A stretch of DNA of 64,000 nucleotides from a virus. Location: positions 1-64,000 of the IMG/VR virus record IMGVR_UViG_3300011980_000002; one strand, given 5' to 3'. Below the pieces are notes generated by a model that was not told the DNA's origin, made no database searches, and saw only the letters and a program-made list of their open reading frames with translations. The translations under genes were made by a program, and so were the position numbers. Positions within the stretch are counted from its first letter, which is position 1; each line of letters opens with the position of its first letter. This document shows, one piece after another, positions 56,656 through 64,000 of this stretch.

Positions 56656-57153
56656 ATGAAAAAAGCTAAAGTAGCCAGAATTAATCTGGGTGGAAAGAAC
56701 ATCATAGAGTTTCAAACATCTATGCTTAATAAGCATGGAGAACTTAAAGGTAGAAATAAGAAGGAAACTGCTCTTCTTAGAGATACCTGTATGCATCATA
56801 AGAAAAATAAGAAAGGTAAGAATAAGTCAAGAGTAGAACTTGAGGATGGTCAAGCTTGCTGTGCAATGTGTCAGGCAGAGTTTAGAGCTCAACCATATAG
56901 TAAATCTGAGAGAAAAGAAGTAATTGGTGAGGGTAAAGAACTCGCTAACCATACTAAGTTCATGGCAGCAGCTTGTGGAGCTGATGAACAGACTCTTAGG
57001 ACATTAGCAGAAATCTCTGTAGGACTTACTAATCTTGGTAAGATAAATAAATCCTTAACCAAGATAGTATCTAAAGAAGATGCTATTAAGAAGAAGAATA
57101 AGAAGAACAAAGGTAATACTTCTGAAAGCTTAGGAAGCTGGAGAATAAGGTAG
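56656..57153 (+). CDS. Basic Cys/His-containing protein (possible zinc-binding nucleic-acid binder)
   Basis: 165 aa, K-rich, containing CMHH...CCAMC. By eye its GC content is noticeably higher than its surroundings. Confidence 0.5.
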   Translation: MKKAKVARINLGGKNIIEFQTSMLNKHGELKGRNKKETALLRDTCMHHKKNKKGKNKSRVELEDGQACCAMCQAEFRAQPYSKSERKEVIGEGKELANHTKFMAAACGADEQTLRTLAEISVGLTNLGKINKSLTKIVSKEDAIKKKNKKNKGNTSESLGSWRIR

Positions 57154-57264
57154 TAAATTTTGTAGGGTAGTTATAATAAGGGTACTTGATTTATATTGAG
57201 TACCCTTATAAATAAATACATTATTTTTTTTTTATGTGATCCCATATAAGATTTTCATTATAAT

Positions 57265-57290
57265 GATATAATATTAATGTGAGTAACTGA
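57265..57290 (+). promoter_or_regulatory. Class-1 promoter-like motif (variant) at the start of an ORF-free region
   Basis: gatataatattaatgtgagtaactga compares with tatataatattaatttgtaataaaa at 58790. Confidence 0.3.
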
Positions 57291-57675
57291 TAAAAATATA
57301 ATACTAATATATAAATATCCTGAGATGGATAACTATTATAGAAATGAATATAATAGTCTTATTTAATTGATCAATCGTGAAAATCAATTAAGTATAGTTA
57401 CTCCTTTCCATTATAAGATTTATGTAATCTTATATGTCCAGATGAATTAGATAAGTTTCTCCTTTAAAGAAATAATAATGAGAAACATAGATTCACAATA
57501 ACTCCAGAAAAAGACTATATATATTTTATTTTACACCTGTTGAATGCTGTTAATATAAGTCTTTAAATTTATCTAAATCATCTGAAGAATACTAACATTC
57601 GAAGTTAAATAAAAACAAGGCAATCACATTCCTGACTTGTATTTAACAGCATTCAACACAAATTCTAAATCAATA

Positions 57676-57716
57676 CAGATACTACTTCAAATAGTAGTAT
57701 CTGTTTATTTTTTTTT
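57676..57716 (+). terminator. Hairpin plus T-run, closely related in sequence to the terminator at 58733
   Basis: cagatactact / agtagtatctg, followed by tttattttttttt. Confidence 0.65.
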
Positions 57717-57720
57717 GATT

Positions 57721-57745
57721 TATATAATATTATCATGTAACAATA
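57721..57745 (+). promoter_or_regulatory. Class-1 promoter-like motif (variant)
   Basis: tatataatattatcatgtaacaata lies upstream of the leader TTTAAAGGAGAAAGAAATTATG. Confidence 0.35.
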
Positions 57746-57773
57746 AATTTTATTTTTAAAGGAGAAAGAAATT

Positions 57774-58696
57774 ATGAGAAATAACAATCAAGCAACGAGA
57801 GAGAAATTGTATAATATCATTGATATGATGATAAGCAATGGGGATATAAAAGATACCCTCGAGATACATGTCATATATGACAAATTGAAAAAATGCTGTG
57901 ATAATATTGCTGAAAAGATCGCTGATAAGAAATATGAGGTAACTGATATTACTGAATACAGGTCTGAACGTGAGGTACATCGTATAAGAGTGTTAAAAGA
58001 TTTTGGGATGTTAAGAAAGGTGATTTAGGTGGATTTGTATCTTCCTATGATAATCTTTCACAATACGGTGATTGTTGGATATATGATGACGCAGTTGTCA
58101 TGAGTGAAGCAAATATTATCGAAGATGCTAAAATTAAAAATAACGCTACTATATGTGGAACGGCTGTAGTGAGAGGAGATTCTGTAATACAAGATGATTG
58201 TGAGGTATATATGCAATCAATAATAAATGATTCTTATATGTCTGGAAATTGTTGTTTATATAATGTGGAAGTTCATGACAGCAAACTCGAAGGCTGCCTA
58301 TATCTAAATCAATCCAGTATACAGAAAAGTAATATAATAGCAAATGACGCCAGAATACATAATAAAACTTTTATACATGACTCTAAACTTAAGTTAGCTG
58401 ATGATAGTGATATTTATAAAAGCTATATAGATAGGTCAACTATACAAGGATATATTACACTAAATAATGTTGAGTTGAGCAATAGTAAAGTTATTAATAA
58501 AGATGAAGAAGTCTATATTGCTGATAAAATTATTGACGGTGCTAATGTAACAAGTACTAACACTATTACATCATTTTCATTAGATTTATACGATAACCAA
58601 GAAGAATGTGATATAGTCTTCTATAAAAATAGAAATGGTAACACCACTATTACTATATCTCACAAATCTGGTGTTCACGATTCTATTGAAATTTAG
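57774..58696 (+). pseudogene. Left-handed beta-helix (LbH) array gene 1, disrupted by a 1-nt deletion near 58005..58008
   Basis: The gene reads gattttgggatgttaagaaagg where its paralogs read gattttggagatgt(t/g)aagaaagg. The frame-1 ORF ends at 58028 (..RVLKDFGMLRKVI*). The reading continues in the next frame as GDLGGFVSSYDNLSQYGDCWIYDDAVV into track ORF 58100..58696. Confidence 0.6.
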
Positions 58697-58732
58697 ACAT
58701 CTGGTATAAAATCTAGTAAGTAATACAATAAT

Positions 58733-58771
58733 AACGGATACTACTTCAATAGTAGTATCCGTTATTTTTTT
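58733..58771 (+). terminator. Hairpin plus T-run
   Basis: aacggatactact / agtagtatccgtt, followed by attttttt. Confidence 0.65.
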
Positions 58772-58785
58772 ATAATATTAAAGTT

Positions 58786-58814
58786 ATCTATATAATATTA
58801 ATTTGTAATAAAAT
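58786..58814 (+). promoter_or_regulatory. Class-1 promoter-like motif
   Basis: tatctatataatattaatttgtaataaaa. Confidence 0.4.
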
Positions 58815-58840
58815 AATATTATATTAAAGGAGAAAAAAAT

Positions 58841-59812
58841 ATGGAAAAGAATAATAGTATTAATAATAAATACGAAATAACCGATATTGTCGGTTATAGG
58901 TTTAAGAAGAAAGTATATCGTATAAGAGCATTAAAAGATTTTGGAGATGTTAAGAAAGGAGATTTAGGTGGTTTTGTATCTTCCTATGAAAATCTTTCCC
59001 AAGAAAATGACTGTTGGATATATGATAACGCAGCAGTTATGGATAATGCTATATTAGAAGACAATTCTACTATTCATAATAGGGTCATCGTGTGTCATGA
59101 TAGTATTGTCCGTTGTAACTCTAAAATTTCCAAAAGTTGTAGAATATATGACTCTACTAAGATAACAAATTCTACAATATCTGGTAAATCCGTATTAAGG
59201 AATATTAATATAGTTGGAAGTACAATAAATGGAGTTATTCTCTCATACAAAGGTAATGTGTGGATCGAGTACTCTACTATCAGGGGTTCACTATTATTAA
59301 GTGAATCATTAATTTTTAATAGTAAGATTATTTCAGATAGAGCTTCTATATATCAAGACTCGGTAATTATGAGATCGAATATAAGATTATTAAATGGGTC
59401 AGATATATATAGTTCATGGGTATATGAGTATTCTAATATATATGCTAATCTCAAATTACATAATAGCAAGATATATAGATCCGATATTATTGGTGATATT
59501 AATAACATGATTAAAATTGTAAATAAACGAGTAGAGATGGGATATATTACATGTACAGAAGATATCATATCACTTTCAGTTGACATAAATACGATAGGTT
59601 TTGATACATTCAATTATTACCCATCTATTAATTGCCGGAATACTAGAAATATTAAGCTCATAATATCAACACAACTTACATATTATAATAACATAGATGA
59701 TGTAATTAAATCCATTAGTGAACATATGGGAACATCTGCTCCTGCTTATTTTGTAAAAACGCTTAGAAACTTTGACAAGCTCGCTAAAGAATATTTTAAT
59801 ATCACTGAATAA
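58841..59812 (+). CDS. LbH array gene 2 (type B)
   Basis: It has the conserved module NKYEITDIVGYRFKKKVYRIRALKDFGDVKKGDLGGFVSSYENLSQENDCWIYDNA. This is followed by six-residue periodicity (AVMDNA ILEDNS TIHNRV IVCHDS IVRCNS KISKSC RIYDST KITNST ISGKSV), which is typical of hexapeptide left-handed beta-helices. Confidence 0.65.
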   Translation: MEKNNSINNKYEITDIVGYRFKKKVYRIRALKDFGDVKKGDLGGFVSSYENLSQENDCWIYDNAAVMDNAILEDNSTIHNRVIVCHDSIVRCNSKISKSCRIYDSTKITNSTISGKSVLRNINIVGSTINGVILSYKGNVWIEYSTIRGSLLLSESLIFNSKIISDRASIYQDSVIMRSNIRLLNGSDIYSSWVYEYSNIYANLKLHNSKIYRSDIIGDINNMIKIVNKRVEMGYITCTEDIISLSVDINTIGFDTFNYYPSINCRNTRNIKLIISTQLTYYNNIDDVIKSISEHMGTSAPAYFVKTLRNFDKLAKEYFNITE

Positions 59813-59832
59813 ATTAAAGGAGAAAAAGAAAT

Positions 59833-60909
59833 ATGGAAAAGAATAATGAAATACTAAATGAGAATAGGTTAACCGAGAAAACAATTAGCCCTGAAGATTA
59901 TCATAAGCTACTATTAATGCTTGATGATGATAGAAAGAAATTCGTGAACGATCCGATAGATAAAGTCGTTAATATTAATAACAAATATGAGATAACTGAT
60001 ATTGTAGGTTATAGATTTAAGAAGAAAGTCTATCGTATAAGAGCATTAAAAGATTTTGGAGATGTGAAGAAAGGTGATTTGGGTGGATTTGTATATTCTT
60101 ATGAAAACCTTTCTCAAGATGACAACTGTTGGATATACGATAATGCAGTTGTTATGGAAAATGCAACTGTTATCACAGATGCTAAAATTAAAGGTAATGT
60201 TACTGTATATGGAGAAGCTGTAGTAAGAGGAAATTCTATAGTAGAAGATAGTTGTTGGATATATGGGGAATCTTTTATTGTGGATTCTCATATATCTGGA
60301 AAATGCCGTCTATGTGATACAAAAGTTGATAGAAGTAGACTTAAAGGATATATATTAGACATACTCAAAGGTTCCCTTATACAAGATTCATATATTAGAG
60401 GTTGTTTATATCTAAAGTCTTCAGATATTACTAGAAGCAATGTAATATCCGATACTGCGTATATATCCGGTAGGACTTATGTATCAGGTTCTAAGCTTAG
60501 ACTGATGAGAGATAGTGATATTTATAAATCCTACATATCCATGTCATCAACTATACGAGGTTATGTTAAATTAGATTGTGCTAAGTTAGTTAGAAGTGAA
60601 TTCGTTAACATAAAAGAAGAAATTTATGTTAAGAATAAAACTATTGCTGATGGATATATCACAAACACTAATGACGCTATATCATTCTCGGTAGATTTAC
60701 ATGATAAGAAAGAAGAGTATGAGCTATTCTTCTATAAGAATAAAGGTGGTAATATTGTTATATATTACAGATTCTGGATATTTGACTCTATTGATAAACT
60801 GATATCACATATAAAAAATAATAATAAGTCTAATGATAATATTAAAGCCATTGAAGTATTCAGGTATTTTGATAAGGTTGCTAGGGAATATTTTGCTACC
60901 AATAAATAA
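59833..60909 (+). CDS. LbH array gene 3 (type A, closest to the pseudogene copy)
   Basis: The same conserved module follows a 49-aa N-terminal extension. The C-terminal ISFSVDLHDKKEEYELFFYKNKGGN aligns with ITSFSLDLYDNQEECDIVFYKNRNGN of gene 1. Confidence 0.65.
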   Translation: MEKNNEILNENRLTEKTISPEDYHKLLLMLDDDRKKFVNDPIDKVVNINNKYEITDIVGYRFKKKVYRIRALKDFGDVKKGDLGGFVYSYENLSQDDNCWIYDNAVVMENATVITDAKIKGNVTVYGEAVVRGNSIVEDSCWIYGESFIVDSHISGKCRLCDTKVDRSRLKGYILDILKGSLIQDSYIRGCLYLKSSDITRSNVISDTAYISGRTYVSGSKLRLMRDSDIYKSYISMSSTIRGYVKLDCAKLVRSEFVNIKEEIYVKNKTIADGYITNTNDAISFSVDLHDKKEEYELFFYKNKGGNIVIYYRFWIFDSIDKLISHIKNNNKSNDNIKAIEVFRYFDKVAREYFATNK

Positions 60910-60929
60910 TTCAAAGGAGAAAAAGAAAT

Positions 60930-62135
60930 ATGGAAAATAATAGGTCTACTGAAATTAAAGACTTAAAATTCGAGTTAGAGAATTTAATGGTTAATAATGA
61001 TAATATTAAAGAGTTGGGAGACTATATTCACAAATTATCCGGTATATTATTATCTAAAACGATACTAATGAATGAATTATACAACTATTCCGGTGATAAT
61101 AGAAATTATCAAAAATTATTAAGTGAAACTAAGAAAATATCAAAACTTATAATAAGAGCTCAAGATAGAATAGCTCTATTAGATACTCATTATTCCAATA
61201 ATAAATATGAGATAACTGATATTGTCGGTTATAGGTTTAAAAAGAAAGTATACCGTATAAGAGCATTGAAAGATTTCTCAGATGTTAAGAAAGGTGATTT
61301 AGGTGGATTTGTATCTTCCTATGAAAACCTTTCACAATATGGTGATTGTTGGATATATGACAATGCTGCTATTATAGATAATGCTCTATTAGAAAATGAT
61401 TCTACTGTGCATAATATGACTATCGTGTATGATAATAGTATTATTAGAGGGGAATCTAAAGTATATAATAGTACTAGAATATGTGGAAGTTCATATATAA
61501 ATAATTCTAACATATTCGGCAAATCATTTCTAAGAAATGTGTTTATACAAGGTAGTGGAATAAAAGGAAATCTGATAACTGATAAAAATAAATCAAGTAT
61601 TATTTGCTCATATATCAGAGGTTCATTATCTTTAAGAGGTTCTCTTATTTCCGGTTCCAGTATTATTTCTGACATGGCGAATATATATCAGGGTTCATCA
61701 ATAATTAAATCAAATCTGAGATTGTGTAAAAATTCTCATATCAATAACATCTATATGGAGAATTGTGCAACTGTGTGTGGTAAAATGATGTTAAAAAATA
61801 CTACTATAACAGATTCTAAAATAAATGGTAATAATGATAATGAAATTAAAATCATAAATAAGAGAATACTTCATGGATGTATCAAAGATACAAATGATGT
61901 TATCTCACTATCATTAGATGTTGCTGGTGCTATTACAGATTCTACTGATAAATTATGTTATTATAGGAACGAAAATGATAAATTGTATATATCATTTTAT
62001 TTCTCATACTTTAATTCTATTGAAGCTGTAATTGAATTTATAAAAGATCAACAGAGAGTATCATTTACTGAAGATTATATAGAGTTATTGAGACAGTTTG
62101 ATAAGGTTGCACAAAATCATTTCAATAGTAACTAA
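60930..62135 (+). CDS. LbH array gene 4 (type B)
   Basis: The same conserved module follows a 90-aa helical extension. The beta-helix region aligns best with gene 2 (DNALLENDSTVHNMTIVYDNSIIRGESKVYNSTRI vs DNAILEDNSTIHNRVIVCHDSIVRCNSKISKSCRI). Confidence 0.65.
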   Translation: MENNRSTEIKDLKFELENLMVNNDNIKELGDYIHKLSGILLSKTILMNELYNYSGDNRNYQKLLSETKKISKLIIRAQDRIALLDTHYSNNKYEITDIVGYRFKKKVYRIRALKDFSDVKKGDLGGFVSSYENLSQYGDCWIYDNAAIIDNALLENDSTVHNMTIVYDNSIIRGESKVYNSTRICGSSYINNSNIFGKSFLRNVFIQGSGIKGNLITDKNKSSIICSYIRGSLSLRGSLISGSSIISDMANIYQGSSIIKSNLRLCKNSHINNIYMENCATVCGKMMLKNTTITDSKINGNNDNEIKIINKRILHGCIKDTNDVISLSLDVAGAITDSTDKLCYYRNENDKLYISFYFSYFNSIEAVIEFIKDQQRVSFTEDYIELLRQFDKVAQNHFNSN

Positions 62136-62145
62136 TTTATATGAT

Positions 62146-62187
62146 AAAGAAGATAAACTAATATAGTTTATCTTCTTTATTTTTTAT
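62146..62187 (+). terminator. Hairpin plus T-run ending the LbH array
   Basis: aaagaagataaact / agtttatcttcttt, followed by atttttta. Confidence 0.6.
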
Positions 62188-62359
62188 CCGAGTAATAGCT
62201 CGGAGTACTTATATATTTTAGTTTAAACAACTTATTAATCGCTTAACACTAAGTATTTCATTATTATTTTTTATAATAATATTTCCAATTTATATATTAT
62301 TAAATTAGATACTTAAAGTGATTATTAAATAAATTAAAGGAGAATAAGAAATAGGAATT

Positions 62360-64000
62360 ATGGTTAAAGATGTAGAAGTCCAATGGACGGATGATGATAT
62401 TGAGAAAATCCAAAGAAAACCAAATTTATATATTCGTAAATATGGTAATGAAGGATGTAATCATCTTTCTCATGAGATTATACAAAATGCCATTGATGAA
62501 GTTATAGATGAAACTTCCAATGGTGATATGTTGGCAATAAGAATAGATTATCCTTTAGGTAAATTAACCGTAAGTGATAATGGTAGAGGATTTCCGGAAA
62601 CTAAATATCCTTTAGATATATTCTGTACTAAAATACAATCCGGTAGTAAAGCTAATAGAGACCAATCTGGTGGAACTGCCGGAGAATTTGGTATAGGTGC
62701 TACAGTATGTAATGCTTTATCTTCTTATTTTAGAATTACCTCTAATAGAAGTAAAGAGAAGTATATACATACGATAGAATTTGAAAATGGTAAAATGATA
62801 TCAGATAAGAAAAAAGATAATCCTAAGAAACTTCACGGTAGTACTGTAGAGTTTATTCCTAATCCTAAATACCTAGGAAAGAATTCTCATATAGTATATG
62901 AAGATATTCATAAATGGATTAAAGATATGAGCTATCTATTATCTTCGGAGAAGAAATCTATAGAAATAGTATTTGAGGTTTATGATAATGACAAATCTAT
63001 TATTAAAGAGAAAATCAAACCTCAACCATTCTCATCATTATTATCTACTATAGTAAAGAAACAAGCAGTATCTCCAATATCTTTTAATAAAAGAACTAAG
63101 TTTATGGAGACTACTCATTTAAATGAAAAACCTACAGAGAAAGAATTATATTTAGATGTATCATTTACATATGATGATATTACCGATGTTAATGAACCTA
63201 ATATAGTGGAGTCATTTTGTAACTATACAAGAACTACAGATGGTGGTGTTCATGTACAAGCTGTAGATGAAGCTATATGCAGATACTTACAAACAGAAAC
63301 TAAGAAAAGACTATCTGAGAAAGAAAAAGAGAAGATAGATATATTATGGCAAGATGTAAGAACTGATTTAAGACTATTAATAAATCTTACATCCAATGGT
63401 CAGGTACAGTTTGTTGGTAATGCTAAAACTAAAATAGGAAATGAGAATTTTATTCCTATAATAAAAGAATTAGTTAATGAGTCATTAACTAATATCTTTA
63501 ATGATAATGAAGCTTTACTTAATTCATATTGTAAGATAGTTAAGACTAATGCTAAAGCAAGAATAGAGTTAAATAAGGCTAAGAAATCCGTATCTATTAA
63601 AACTAAGTCTAATCCATTCATGGATAAATTATCTAAGAGGTATTATTCATGTAATAATAGAGGTAAGGCTTATAAAGAAATCTACTTAGTAGAGGGACAA
63701 AAATCAGCAGCAGGTTCTATAGCTTCTGGAAGAAATCCAGATGTACAAGCTGTATACGGATTTAGAGGAATGACTGCTAACCCTTATAAGAGAGACAATA
63801 TCTCTATCATGGAAAATGAAGAGTTAAAAGAATACTGTGAAAGAATTCATTATGACATTAAATCTGGTAATGTGGAAGATGTTTATTTTAATAAGATAAT
63901 AATGAGTTTTGATGCAGATAGTGATGGATATGGAATTAGCTCAGGTGTAGCAGCATTCCATGCTAAATTTGCTAGACCTATAGTAGAAGCTGGTTTATTG
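62360..64000 (+). CDS. Type IIA DNA topoisomerase, ATPase plus Toprim subunit (GyrB/ParE/T4 gp39-like); the 3' end lies beyond the window
   Basis: My own translation from ATG 62360 gives the GHKL N-box HEIIQNAIDEVIDE, the G1 box SDNGRGFP and the G2 box GGTAGEFGIGATVCNALS. Toprim is EIYLVEGQKSAAGS (63677, in frame) and DADSDGYG (63911, in frame). The frame stays open to 64000. Confidence 0.85.
   Translation, partial: MVKDVEVQWTDDDIEKIQRKPNLYIRKYGNEGCNHLSHEIIQNAIDEVIDETSNGDMLAIRIDYPLGKLTVSDNGRGFPETKYPLDIFCTKIQSGSKANRDQSGGTAGEFGIGATVCNALSSYFRITSNRSKEKYIHTIEFENGKMISDKKKDNPKKLHGSTVEFIPNPKYLGKNSHIVYEDIHKWIKDMSYLLSSEKKSIEIVFEVYDNDKSIIKEKIKPQPFSSLLSTIVKKQAVSPISFNKRTKFMETTHLNEKPTEKELYLDVSFTYDDITDVNEPNIVESFCNYTRTTDGGVHVQAVDEAICRYLQTETKKRLSEKEKEKIDILWQDVRTDLRLLINLTSNGQVQFVGNAKTKIGNENFIPIIKELVNESLTNIFNDNEALLNSYCKIVKTNAKARIELNKAKKSVSIKTKSNPFMDKLSKRYYSCNNRGKAYKEIYLVEGQKSAAGSIASGRNPDVQAVYGFRGMTANPYKRDNISIMENEELKEYCERIHYDIKSGNVEDVYFNKIIMSFDADSDGYGISSGVAAFHAKFARPIVEAGLL

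Noticed and set aside
755-63621. About 35 short track ORFs (60-140 aa) lie antisense to or inside longer genes. They are 755-979, 1257-1442, 7188-7382, 11267-11503, 15903-16145, 16980-17225, 19343-19558, 22915-23166, 23870-24064, 25298-25621, 27080-27277, 32777-33106, 37017-37211, 38100-38727 (four ORFs), 39203-39421, 41082-41303, 42036-42329, 47766-47960, 49037-49225, 50291-50473, 53973-54244 (two ORFs), 56889-57110, 57756-57980, 58149-58343, 59353-59884 (two ORFs), 60046-60291, 61319-61675 and 63400-63621.
   Set aside because: All overlap a longer ORF that has a good SD and recognisable motifs or paralogs. They lack SD sequences, and their translations are low-complexity (I/L/S/F-rich), as expected for the reverse strand of AT-rich coding DNA.
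1-64000. Alternative genetic code (stop-codon reassignment), prompted by the in-frame TAA at 37524 and the in-frame TAG at 39156.
   Set aside because: Standard-code translation yields long uninterrupted ORFs (up to 1647 aa) with intact conserved motifs, ending in all three stop codons. The two in-frame stops are isolated cases in accessory genes, so decay or sequencing error is more parsimonious.
1-64000. tRNA, rRNA and CRISPR arrays.
   Set aside because: I scanned the ORF-free regions for GGTTCGAAT-type T-loops, cloverleaf-compatible GC-rich ~75-nt segments, and regularly spaced direct repeats. None was found, and the only GC-rich islands (3842..3877, 50912..50944, 53241..53275) are too short. 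A tRNAscan/Infernal run would be the definitive check.

Overview
The window is extremely AT-rich, densely coding DNA with Firmicute-style Shine-Dalgarno sites (AAAGGAG 7-10 nt before most ATGs). It reads as part of a jumbo-phage genome of the AR9/PBS1- or phiKZ-like lifestyle. Motifs read directly from the translations support these calls: two multisubunit-RNAP beta-like genes (one full-length 1647 aa, one beta C-terminal half), a tubulin/FtsZ-superfamily GTPase (PhuZ/TubZ-like), a large terminase, a DnaB-like helicase, an SbcC/Rad50-like ATPase, a Dda/RecD-like helicase, a RecA/UvsX-like recombinase, a 3'-truncated type IIA topoisomerase and a kinase-like protein. The terminase is split by a group I intron carrying an HNH homing endonuclease, and the P1, P10 and omega-G pairings can be read off the sequence. 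Most other ORFs have no recognisable function. Many belong to tandem paralog arrays: four left-handed beta-helix genes in an ABAB pattern, five genes built from a repeated ~115-aa domain, and five 'LYAxT' genes. Several array members carry a frameshift or an in-frame stop. A 77-bp perfect (about 260-bp imperfect) inverted repeat brackets a four-gene cassette at the left end of the window. Four unusually long noncoding regions contain large hairpins. One of them (57154..57755) has a promoter-like motif, a terminator, no ORF and two antisense copies of the phage's own consensus ribosome-binding leader. Two recurrent upstream motifs (a TATA..TATTTA..TGTAA class and an AAAAACAT class) look like two promoter classes. 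I found no tRNA, rRNA or CRISPR array. All homology statements rest on motif recognition by eye and need HMM or structure searches.
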